This document shows positions 1 to 7,619 of a stretch of 64,000 nucleotides of DNA, piece by piece; the stretch's first letter is position 1; each line of letters opens with the position of its first letter. The stretch is taken from positions 2,801 through 66,800 of the forward strand of contig SHBF01000001.1 of NCBI GenBank assembly GCA_004212975.1, in the 5' to 3' direction. This stretch comes from SAR86 cluster bacterium. Lineage in GTDB: Bacteria; Pseudomonadota; Gammaproteobacteria; Magnimaribacterales; D2472. The position numbers and the translations under genes are program-made. Under the pieces are notes generated by a model that was not told the origin of the DNA, ran no database searches, and worked only from the letters and a program-made list of their open reading frames with translations.

Positions 1-2247
1 AGAATTAATTCTTTTTTTTGGTAGAGAAAAAGTATGAGTATCAAAATTAAACTTCCCAACACGATTAATCATTAAGTTTTGATTTGTGAGGCTAGGAGTT
101 TTAAAGTCAGATAAGTTAGTACCCATCAAATTTATAGACAGATCGCTTTGCTTAAAATTTATAAGATATTGCATTTGAAGATCAATCCCCTTTACCAAAG
201 TATTATCTTCATTGAAGTAGGTAGTTGTAACTCCTATAAGATCACCAAATTCATTTCTTGTAATACTCGGTCCAAATGGATTTGAAGATAATATTGCTTG
301 AGCACTTTCGACCTCGACTCTATCTTCATATTCTATCTCCCAAACATCTATGCTAATTCTAAGATCATTTCTTTGAAATATTAGTCCAATATTTGAATTT
401 GTTGAGGTAGCTGGTTTCAAATTTGGATTACCTGTTGAGGCTTGTCTTACAAAAACCGAATCATTAACGTCTCTTACGCTTCCAAGATTAATTTCACTTG
501 AGTACATTTGCGCCATAGATGGTGCAGAAAAAGCGGTTCCTTTGGAAAATCGAATTGTTAGAGCATCAGCTACATTATATTTCAATGAAATCTTTGGATC
601 GAATGATGATTCATTCTTCATAGACTCATATCTTGCTGCAACTCTTAAATCTAAAGCCTCTTGAATACTTTTTTCTATTTCAAGAAATAAAGCATTGCTA
701 GTCCTTGATTTGGATAAATTAATTCCTCCACCCAGAAAGAAAAGGTCAGCTGTTTTCACTAACTTTCCATCCTTATCAAACTCAGCTCTACTAACTTCAT
801 CATAATAAATATCTAAACTTTCTTTATTTAGTTGAAACCCATAAGCTAAATTGAGGTTTTTTAATTTCCTATTAAATATTCCATGTACAGAAATAAGGTC
901 AGCTACTTTTGATGAAACTTCTGCGCCTCTAACATAATCAATAAGAGATTTTGGATTTTGAGTTGAATCAAATATATTCCAAGTAAGATTTCCATCAGGA
1001 CCACCATTTCCTTTTATGGCAGCAAGAAATCTTGAATCAATAATATCAGGCCTAAAGTGATCATTGGAGTGCTCACTCACAGTTATAGATATATCGGCAT
1101 CAGTTGTTTGATTGATTAAAAAAGAAAGACTGTAATTAACATTAAATTGTTCAATGTCTTTAGGTGAGTAGGGTGACTTGAATTCCGAACCAAGAGGTCT
1201 GCCATACCATACAACTGGAACATTAAAAGGGCTCCCGCCCTCACCAGGCTCAATATTTCTTGATAAAAAAGGAAGAGCAGGATATGAAGGAGATTGAGGA
1301 TTATCGTTTACATTAACTTTAGATGATATGAAATGGAAATTATGTTTTAAAACCCCCGTTTCTTTTGAAAAATTCAAATAAATTTTTTGATGATCCTCAT
1401 CATTTACAATATTGAATCTTTCTCCATATAAAAATCTACAAAAACTTCCATCAAGAACGCCGCCATTTTCTTCACAATTTGGATCTGGAACAAATTGACT
1501 TACTTTTGGGTAAGCTCCAGCAAAAAGTCCAGATGAAACAATATCCGGACCAAGCACCTTGAAGGTTTTACCAAGACCACTTAATCCCAATTCAGCAATT
1601 CCATCTATTTCACTTGCAGACAATGGAGACCTCTCAAGCGCATTGAAACCAATCACAAGTTTTCCATCTAGGATTTTTGTTCCAAACAAAATACCAAAAC
1701 TATTATCATCTTGATTATAGTTTGTAGTAGTCTGTTTACCGGCTTTAACCCTTAATCCTTCAAATTCTCTAAATGTAAGAAAATTAACAACTCCAGCAAT
1801 TGCATCTGAGCCATATATTGATGTTGCACCTTCTTTTAGGATTTCTATTTTTTCAATAGCAATTTCTGGAACAATATTTGCATCAATGTAGCCATTTCCG
1901 TTATTGGATGGTGTTCCTGAAAAAGTATGTCTTCTAGAATTTAATAGTAATAAAGTTGCGGAAGCATCCAAACCCCTTAATGTAATTGATGACATGCCCT
2001 GATCAACCCCTTCAAGTGCATTTGTTTGAAATCTAGATCCTGAGCTTACGTTCAAATACTTACTTATTTCACCAATATTTGTGATATTAAAATTTTTATA
2101 ATCATTTTCATTAATAAGTTGAACAGGCGATAAATCACTTTCTGCATTTTTTAGAAGTGTTCCTGTCACAACTATTTCTTCAATTTCGTTTGAGTGAATA
2201 AAAAAAGAAAAAATTAACAAAGAAAAGACTTTTATCATTAATCGCAT
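1..2247 (-). CDS. TonB-dependent outer-membrane receptor, N-terminal ~749 codons only (C-terminus lies beyond window start)
   Basis: My own minus-strand translation of 1801-2247 and 1-72 is stop-free in this frame, and the track lists no ORF of 60 aa or more anywhere in 1-2324. So the frame is probably open from ATG 2247 (alt ATG 2238) to position 1, which would explain its absence from the ORF track. N-term MRLMIKVFSLLIFSFFIHSNEIEEIVVTGTLL (signal peptide plus TonB-box-like EIVVTG). Plug motifs ITLRGLDASATLLLLNSRR and IEKIEILKEGATSIYGSDAIAGVVNF. Confidence 0.85.
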   Translation of the reverse strand, partial: MRLMIKVFSLLIFSFFIHSNEIEEIVVTGTLLKNAESDLSPVQLINENDYKNFNITNIGEISKYLNVSSGSRFQTNALEGVDQGMSSITLRGLDASATLLLLNSRRHTFSGTPSNNGNGYIDANIVPEIAIEKIEILKEGATSIYGSDAIAGVVNFLTFREFEGLRVKAGKQTTTNYNQDDNSFGILFGTKILDGKLVIGFNALERSPLSASEIDGIAELGLSGLGKTFKVLGPDIVSSGLFAGAYPKVSQFVPDPNCEENGGVLDGSFCRFLYGERFNIVNDEDHQKIYLNFSKETGVLKHNFHFISSKVNVNDNPQSPSYPALPFLSRNIEPGEGGSPFNVPVVWYGRPLGSEFKSPYSPKDIEQFNVNYSLSFLINQTTDADISITVSEHSNDHFRPDIIDSRFLAAIKGNGGPDGNLTWNIFDSTQNPKSLIDYVRGAEVSSKVADLISVHGIFNRKLKNLNLAYGFQLNKESLDIYYDEVSRAEFDKDGKLVKTADLFFLGGGINLSKSRTSNALFLEIEKSIQEALDLRVAARYESMKNESSFDPKISLKYNVADALTIRFSKGTAFSAPSMAQMYSSEINLGSVRDVNDSVFVRQASTGNPNLKPATSTNSNIGLIFQRNDLRISIDVWEIEYEDRVEVESAQAILSSNPFGPSITRNEFGDLIGVTTTYFNEDNTLVKGIDLQMQYLINFKQSDLSINLMGTNLSDFKTPSLTNQNLMINRVGKFNFDTHTFSLPKKRINS

Positions 2248-2275
2248 AATGTTGATTATAGAGGTTTTAATGAAC

Positions 2276-2304
2276 ATAAAAAACTGGCCCAAATTTGGGC
2301 CAGT
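2276..2304 (-). terminator. Rho-independent terminator after the His-rich TonB receptor gene
   Basis: Perfect GC-rich palindrome ACTGGCCCAAATTTGGGCCAGT (2283-2304), followed on the minus strand by a T-run. It begins 20 nt after the stop codon at 2325-2327. Confidence 0.8.
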
Positions 2305-2324
2305 TTAATTTCTATATTGAAATA

Positions 2325-4553
2325 TTAGAAGGTTAGATTAAATTTTAATCCATAGTTTCTTCCAGGAAGAGGAACTTCATTTTTCACAAAAGAAGAGTGA
2401 TTCCTGGCAACTTCATCAAGAAGGTTATTAGCGAAAAGCGAAACTTTTAATTCACCTTCACCCATTCCATTAAATGTTTTGGTTAGTCGTGTGTTAAGCA
2501 TTTGATAAGCATCAGTTGCTGTTTCACCTTCACCAATATCATTTTGTTTTTCAACATCCTTAAGCATTAGCTTAAAGAGCAAATCATCTTGAGTATAAAC
2601 TAAAGAATAAATGTTTCTTGCTGGATTAATCCTTGGTATGTAATGTCCATCAGCGAATTCAGCATTCACAACATCTCTTCCGAAAGATAAAGCAAGCTCA
2701 CCAGAGCCAAGATCAAAACTTCTTCCAATTTCAATCTCGTATCCATCAAACTCAGCATCTTCTTGCATGTAATTAGCATGAATCAAATTACCATGACCAT
2801 GATCATCATGCTCGTCTTCATGATGTTCACCTTCCTCTTCATGATGATCATCTTCGTCTTCATGATGTTCATCTTCATCCATGTGATCATCTTCTTCATC
2901 TATTAAAGCAATATAATTATCCACATCAGTGATATAAAAACTTGCGTAAGCATAGAAATCACCATTATCAAAATTAAAAGTGATATCAAAGTTATTAGAA
3001 GTTTCACTGTTTAGATTTGGATCACCGACTTCAAATCTTCCTGTTGCCATATGAGGTCCATTCATGAAGAGTTCAATTGAAGATGGCAGTCTTTCAACAC
3101 TAGCATAACCAAGACTAATACCAAGATTATCGGTTAGACTTCTACCAAGAGTTACAGCAAAACTGTTAGTAGAATCATCTATATTGTAATAATCTACTTC
3201 TCCATGCTCATCTCCATGATCATCATCATGTTCTTCTTCAGTAACACTTCCACTTCTTTCTATTTGGTCGTGTCTAAAGCCGACATCAAGATCATATATT
3301 CCTAAATCTTTACTGAGGTAATAACCGATTGTGAATTCTTTACTATTAGCAGGATTCATAAATGCTTCTTCACCAACAATAGAGTTATCTTCATCAACAA
3401 AATTTACAACAACCTTTTGAGTTGAAGAGTCATTTGAAATATCAAAAGTAGCACCATACTCAACAGCCTCATTCATGAAAACGGTTGGACCAAGTTCTTC
3501 ATGATCTTCTTCTTCTTCATGTTCTTCTTCTTCATGACCTTCTGTAAGTGAGTAATCTGAATCTCGGTATGTAAAGTCAACTTTATTAACAAGATTTCCA
3601 TTAACATTATATGAACCTCTTATAGAAAAAGTTTCAGAATCAGTTGTGGAAAAAATTCTTTCTTCACCATGCTCTTCTTCATCACCATGTTCGTCACCAT
3701 GTTCATCTTCGTGCTCGTCGCCATGAAATGGAATACCATAAACACTTTCAAGATTATCAATTCCAAATCCAATGTAGCCCCAGTCTGTTACTTTAGATAC
3801 ACCGAACTTAGTTGCCTCAACAGCAAAATCTGAGTTATTTATATATCCTAAATCTTCCTCAGAATGCTCATCTTCATGATGTTCATCTTCATCGTGATCA
3901 TCTTCATCATGATGCTCTTCCTCTGAATGAATTACAGCACCACTAGGAACATCATAGTTTCCAAAATCAGTATTTTTATAGCCAAAATTAACATTAAATC
4001 CACCAACATTGCCTTTTAAATTAACAAATTCTGAATTTCCGTCATTTACAGATTGAGATTCATATCCAACTGAAACCTCAGGAATTTCAAAATTCTTAGT
4101 TGAAATTAAATCATCAACAACATTGATAATTCCTCCTATGGTCCCATTTGCGTATAGAAGTGATGAAGGTCCTTTGACAATTTCTACTTGAGAAATATCA
4201 TTCAAATCTACGTCATTTAAGTGATCAACGCCAAGACCAGAAACATCTCTGTTCACGACACCATTTTTAAGTATTTTTACTCTTGGGCCTGACATGCCTC
4301 TAATTATTGGTTGGCCAACTGCTGAACCATAGTCTGCAATTGAAAGACCAAGATACTCATCAATCGCATCACCCAAACTTGTCGTTGCTCCATCTGAGAA
4401 TTCAGCACCATCAATGACGTATAGTGGATTATTAATTTCACTTGTATCGATAAAAGCCGAAGTAACAACTATTTCTTGTACCTCATCTTGTGAAGTTATG
4501 TTTATCGAATGAAATGCAATTAAAACAATAATTGCGTTTAAAAATTTTTTCAT
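2325..4553 (-). CDS. TonB-dependent receptor with five His/Asp/Glu-rich insertions
   Basis: 742 aa. Signal peptide MKKFLNAIIVLIAFHS, EIVVTS TonB-box-like segment, plug motif PIIRGMSGPRVKILKNG and IVKGPSSLLYANGTIGGIINVV, C-terminal GRNYGLKFNLTF with terminal Phe. Strong AAGGAGG RBS upstream of the ATG at 4553. H/D/E blocks at aa 209-234, 277-298, 339-353, 439-452 and 552-588. Confidence 0.9.
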   Translation of the reverse strand: MKKFLNAIIVLIAFHSINITSQDEVQEIVVTSAFIDTSEINNPLYVIDGAEFSDGATTSLGDAIDEYLGLSIADYGSAVGQPIIRGMSGPRVKILKNGVVNRDVSGLGVDHLNDVDLNDISQVEIVKGPSSLLYANGTIGGIINVVDDLISTKNFEIPEVSVGYESQSVNDGNSEFVNLKGNVGGFNVNFGYKNTDFGNYDVPSGAVIHSEEEHHDEDDHDEDEHHEDEHSEEDLGYINNSDFAVEATKFGVSKVTDWGYIGFGIDNLESVYGIPFHGDEHEDEHGDEHGDEEEHGEERIFSTTDSETFSIRGSYNVNGNLVNKVDFTYRDSDYSLTEGHEEEEHEEEEDHEELGPTVFMNEAVEYGATFDISNDSSTQKVVVNFVDEDNSIVGEEAFMNPANSKEFTIGYYLSKDLGIYDLDVGFRHDQIERSGSVTEEEHDDDHGDEHGEVDYYNIDDSTNSFAVTLGRSLTDNLGISLGYASVERLPSSIELFMNGPHMATGRFEVGDPNLNSETSNNFDITFNFDNGDFYAYASFYITDVDNYIALIDEEDDHMDEDEHHEDEDDHHEEEGEHHEDEHDDHGHGNLIHANYMQEDAEFDGYEIEIGRSFDLGSGELALSFGRDVVNAEFADGHYIPRINPARNIYSLVYTQDDLLFKLMLKDVEKQNDIGEGETATDAYQMLNTRLTKTFNGMGEGELKVSLFANNLLDEVARNHSSFVKNEVPLPGRNYGLKFNLTF
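2857..2879 (-). repeat. 23-nt exact repeat copy A (codes DEDEHHED in insertion block 5)
   Basis: tcttcatgatgttcatcttcatc on the + strand, identical to 3871-3893. Confidence 0.9.
3871..3893 (-). repeat. 23-nt exact repeat copy B (codes DEDEHHED in insertion block 1)
   Basis: tcttcatgatgttcatcttcatc on the + strand, identical to 2857-2879. Confidence 0.9.
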
Positions 4554-4573
4554 ATTGCCTCCTTTATGAAAAA

Positions 4574-4597
4574 TTAGTTAAAAAATTAATTAACTAA
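4574..4597. repeat. AT-rich inverted repeat TTAGTTAA-N8-TTAACTAA between the small His-rich ORF and the receptor gene
   Basis: 8-bp perfect arms read directly from the sequence. It overlaps the TAG stop (4594-4596) of the small ORF and lies about 20 nt upstream of the receptor RBS. Confidence 0.4.
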
Positions 4598-4863
4598 TCT
4601 AAAGGTGGAGCTCTTGATAGGTTTGATTTTTGTTTTTGACTTACAAATCTATTGATTAGATTTGTTTCAGGAGATTCTTTTAAAAAATTGCCTTTATTTT
4701 TTGTTGAAGCAATTTTAATTTCAACATTTTCTTCACAAGCTTGGCATTTAGCCAAATGCTCATCTTCAAAGCTGAAGTGATCATGATGATCCGCAAAGCT
4801 GTGCAATGACAAACTTGCTAGAAATAGGAATGAATATAGTAGATATTTTTTATTCATGATCAT
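4594..4863 (-). CDS. Small secreted His-rich / CxxC protein (unknown family)
   Basis: 89 aa (87 aa from ATG 4857). Signal peptide NKKYLLYSFLFLASLSLHSFA, then DHHDHFSFEDEH and CQAC. The start overlaps the end of the upstream dehydrogenase gene. No family recognised. Confidence 0.55.
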   Translation of the reverse strand: MIMNKKYLLYSFLFLASLSLHSFADHHDHFSFEDEHLAKCQACEENVEIKIASTKNKGNFLKESPETNLINRFVSQKQKSNLSRAPPLD

Positions 4864-5917
4864 GGGTAAGGCATACTAGACCATTAATCTTTCCATTTTT
4901 CAAGTCATTTAAAGTTTTATTTGCCTCTGAGGCATTTCTTTTTTCAACCTCTACATGTTCAATCTTGTTTTCTCTTACAAACTCCATTAATTCACTCATT
5001 TCTTGCAGACTTCCAACATAGACTCCTCGAATGGTTCTTGCAGTTAAAGTTGTCATTGGAAGCTGTAAGTTTGTTTCTCCTCCAATCAAGCCAACAATTA
5101 CATATGTACCACCTCTTTTCATACCGAACATTCCAGATGCAAGCTCAAACGTCTCAGCTGCACCTACAAAATCAATGACACTGGTGGCACCACCATTAGT
5201 AAGTTCTGCAATTTTTTCGAACAACTTCTCGTCTCTTGAATTAATTACTTCAGATGCTCCAGCTTGTTTTGCTAGCTGAAGTTTTTCATCATCTATATCA
5301 ACAACTATAGGGTTAATCGAGTAGGCTGCTTGAATGATTTTTAATGAGAGTAATCCGAGCCCTCCAGCGCTTATGATAACAACAGAATTTTGACCTTTAA
5401 CTAAATCTGCTTTTTTAAGCGCACTGTATGCAGTCAAACCTCTGCAAGCGTAACTTCCAGCAACTTCGTCTGGAGTATCCCCGGCATCAAATAAATATTT
5501 AGAATCAGGCACGAGAACGTATTCAGCATAACCACCGTCTACATTAATGCCTAAATTTTTTGTTGTTAGAGGTGAACAATAATGCTCTCTATCATTAGCG
5601 CACTCATCACAATTACCACATCCTATCCAAGGATATGCAACATATTTTTTTCCAATTTCAATACCCGAAACATCTTCACCTAACTCAACCACTTCACCAT
5701 ATATTTCATGACCCATAGCAAGCGCATCGGTCATTAGAGGTACTGGAAGTTTTGCTTTTTCCCCCAAACTAAAAAAACCTTCATGTATATGGACGTCTGA
5801 ATGACAAACACCACATGCGACAGTTTTAATTAATATTTCTTTCCCAGTCGGTTTAGGTTTTTCTATTTCTCTTTTTTCTAGAGGTTTACCGTTTTCAACA
5901 ACTTGATATGCTTTCAT
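4850..5917 (-). CDS. Zinc-type medium-chain alcohol dehydrogenase/reductase
   Basis: GVCHSDVH catalytic-Zn motif, GHEIYGEV, structural-Zn cluster CGNCDECANDREHYC, Rossmann ISAGGLG. Start set to ATG 5917 (MKAYQVV...), because the track's start at 5944 is a TTG extension. Confidence 0.9.
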   Translation of the reverse strand: MKAYQVVENGKPLEKREIEKPKPTGKEILIKTVACGVCHSDVHIHEGFFSLGEKAKLPVPLMTDALAMGHEIYGEVVELGEDVSGIEIGKKYVAYPWIGCGNCDECANDREHYCSPLTTKNLGINVDGGYAEYVLVPDSKYLFDAGDTPDEVAGSYACRGLTAYSALKKADLVKGQNSVVIISAGGLGLLSLKIIQAAYSINPIVVDIDDEKLQLAKQAGASEVINSRDEKLFEKIAELTNGGATSVIDFVGAAETFELASGMFGMKRGGTYVIVGLIGGETNLQLPMTTLTARTIRGVYVGSLQEMSELMEFVRENKIEHVEVEKRNASEANKTLNDLKNGKINGLVCLTHDHE

Positions 5918-5921
5918 AGAT

Positions 5922-6002
5922 TTAATTATCTTTATTTGTAACAACCCAATACAACAGACCTATGAGAATAACATTACCGATTATGTAAGTTGTTAAGTCC
6001 AT
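5922..6002 (-). CDS. Possible 26-aa single-TM peptide (speculative)
   Basis: My translation gives MDLTTYIIGNVILIGLLYWVVTNKDN. The ATG lies 3 nt after the stop of the preceding small ORF and the stop lies 4 nt before the dehydrogenase ATG. No clear SD. Confidence 0.25.
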   Translation of the reverse strand: MDLTTYIIGNVILIGLLYWVVTNKDN

Positions 6003-6005
6003 TTA

Positions 6006-6137
6006 TTAACTAAAAAATACAATCAAACATATTATTAAAACAAGGTATATGCCTACATAAACATATTGACCAGTTCTAAAGTCTCTTTTTAAAGCCTCGT
6101 CTTTTTGTGAAGTGTTTTGATTATTAGAATCTTCCAT
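6006..6137 (-). CDS. Possible 43-aa single-TM peptide (speculative)
   Basis: My translation gives MEDSNNQNTSQKDEALKRDFRTGQYVYVGIYLVLIICLIVFFS, a polar N-terminus followed by one hydrophobic span. It starts 21 nt downstream of the tRNA-Thr 3' end. Confidence 0.3.
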   Translation of the reverse strand: MEDSNNQNTSQKDEALKRDFRTGQYVYVGIYLVLIICLIVFFS

Positions 6138-6139
6138 AT

Positions 6140-6158
6140 GAGTAATAATATCATCATA
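6140..6158 (-). promoter_or_regulatory. Fur-box-like 19-mer (weak)
   Basis: Minus-strand TATGATGATATTATTACTC matches GATAATGATAATCATTATC at 12 of 19 positions by my count. It sits at the head of the minus-strand receptor cluster. AT-rich background makes chance matches likely. Confidence 0.25.
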
Positions 6159-6235
<77 letters not shown>

Positions 6236-6342
6236 GTGGAGTGTGATTTTACATTATAGAATTATAAAAATTAATCCTTTTATAAAATTAAATTTAAAAT
6301 TAAGTATTGAATTCTATATCAAATGTAATAAAATTTTAGGTT

Positions 6343-7062
6343 ATGAAAAAATATTTATCTATAACAATTTTTATGATGTCATCAATCCTGATTGCAGATG
6401 ATCATACTGAACCAAATTATTCAAAGTTCCAAGCAAATTATTTCTTTAGCTGCCCTAATGAACCTGCTTGTGGCGCTGCATTCGATAAAATGATGAATAC
6501 TCCTGAAATAAAAGAGCAAAAATATGAGGCTGCTTTATCAAGGATTAGTCTTCAAGGTTATACAAACATTACCCATTCGATTAATTTTTATTACAAAAGT
6601 GCTGAAAGATTCCAAGAAGCATCAGAAATATTTTCTAGTTCACCTGCATTTGCTGTATTTGGACAGGAAATGGCTGCTGCTGGAGCTCAACCGTACTATC
6701 ATAATTTAACTAGTTATTTGATAGCAGAGGGTGATGGAAGAGGCGCTAATCACGGTCTTACTTTTGTTACCGAGGTTAGCAATCCAGTTGTCTATTTTAA
6801 TGCTTTTAAAAAGATGGCTGCAAAGATGTTTGAAGAATCATTTGGTGGTGAGGCGTATCTTTTAAGACAACAGCATACTGGTGGAGGTAATGTAACTCAT
6901 TCAGTATCAGTCTATTTTAACTCAAATGCTGAAGCGCTTGATTTTCTTGCCAATTATCCAAATACAACTCAATTTGCTCAATTTGTTGAAGAAGCAGGAA
7001 CTTCATTTAAACCGGTTAGAACATATATGGAGCAAGTTTTGCTTCAGTACAATCCTGATTAA
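6343..7062 (+). CDS. Secreted hypothetical protein built from two duplicated ~105-aa halves
   Basis: Signal peptide MKKYLSITIFMMSSILIA. The two halves align, e.g. NITHSINFYYKSAERFQEA (aa 75-) against NVTHSVSVYFNSNAEALDF (aa 183-). The beta-alpha-beta pattern suggests a ferredoxin-like/ABM-type fold, which is inference. Confidence 0.7.
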   Translation: MKKYLSITIFMMSSILIADDHTEPNYSKFQANYFFSCPNEPACGAAFDKMMNTPEIKEQKYEAALSRISLQGYTNITHSINFYYKSAERFQEASEIFSSSPAFAVFGQEMAAAGAQPYYHNLTSYLIAEGDGRGANHGLTFVTEVSNPVVYFNAFKKMAAKMFEESFGGEAYLLRQQHTGGGNVTHSVSVYFNSNAEALDFLANYPNTTQFAQFVEEAGTSFKPVRTYMEQVLLQYNPD

Positions 7063-7065
7063 TAA

Positions 7066-7617
7066 TTAATCTAGAGTACAACCAGTTCCACCTAGTCCAC
7101 AATATCCATTAGGGTTTTTGGCTAGGTACTGTTGGTGATATTCTTCCGCAAAATAGTAGTTTTTAATTAAACTTATTTCAGTTGTAATATCACCAAATTT
7201 ATTGGCTCTTAGAATGTTTTGAAACTTTTCTTTACTATTAGTAACTCGTTCAATATCATGCTCATTTGAACAGAAAATTACAGATCTATACTGAGTTCCA
7301 ATATCATTCCCCTGTCGCATTCCTTGAGTAGGGTCATGACATTCCCAAAAAATTTTCAATAATGCCTCTAGATCTATGACATTTGAGTCATATATAACTT
7401 TTACAACCTCAGCATGATTTGTATTTCTATAACATACATCTTCGTATGAGGGATTTTCAGTATCCCCACCTGAATATCCAACAGAGGTTAAAAAAACTCC
7501 TGGTAAATCCCAAAATTTTCTTTCAACTCCCCAAAAACATCCAGCGCCGAAAACTATCTCTTTATAATTTTCAGGTACATTGTTATTAATGGGAATATTT
7601 TTAATAAAATGAATCAT
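7066..7617 (-). CDS. msrA: Peptide-methionine (S)-S-oxide reductase
   Basis: GAGCFWGVE active-site motif, ...AEEYHQQYL..., 183 aa. Confidence 0.95.
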   Translation of the reverse strand: MIHFIKNIPINNNVPENYKEIVFGAGCFWGVERKFWDLPGVFLTSVGYSGGDTENPSYEDVCYRNTNHAEVVKVIYDSNVIDLEALLKIFWECHDPTQGMRQGNDIGTQYRSVIFCSNEHDIERVTNSKEKFQNILRANKFGDITTEISLIKNYYFAEEYHQQYLAKNPNGYCGLGGTGCTLD

Positions 7618-7619
7618 GC

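Noticed and set aside
2255-2260. TATAAT on the minus strand, 7 nt upstream of ATG 2247 of the second receptor gene. It could be a promoter for a leaderless mRNA.
   Set aside because: There is no credible -35 element, because the upstream sequence is the terminator T-run. AT-rich DNA gives TATAAT by chance. The second ATG at 2238 is equally possible.
2790-3929. Repetitive catgat/cttcatc-type sequence that could be mistaken for a tandem repeat or CRISPR-like array.
   Set aside because: It lies in frame within a continuous TBDR ORF and simply encodes H/D/E runs. There is no regular repeat-spacer periodicity.
4921-5279. Two + strand ORFs (85 and 82 aa) inside the dehydrogenase gene.
   Set aside because: They are antisense to a Zn-ADH with all catalytic and structural zinc motifs intact.
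5918-5944. N-terminal extensions proposed by the ORF track: ADH from 5944, rplX from 29841, rpoA from 36323 and ratA from 50413.
   Set aside because: All four begin with a non-ATG codon per the ORF track (I read TTG at 5944, 29841 and 36323) inside or overlapping the upstream gene. Ortholog-like N-termini start at the downstream ATG or GTG, with better spacing to the preceding stop or RBS.
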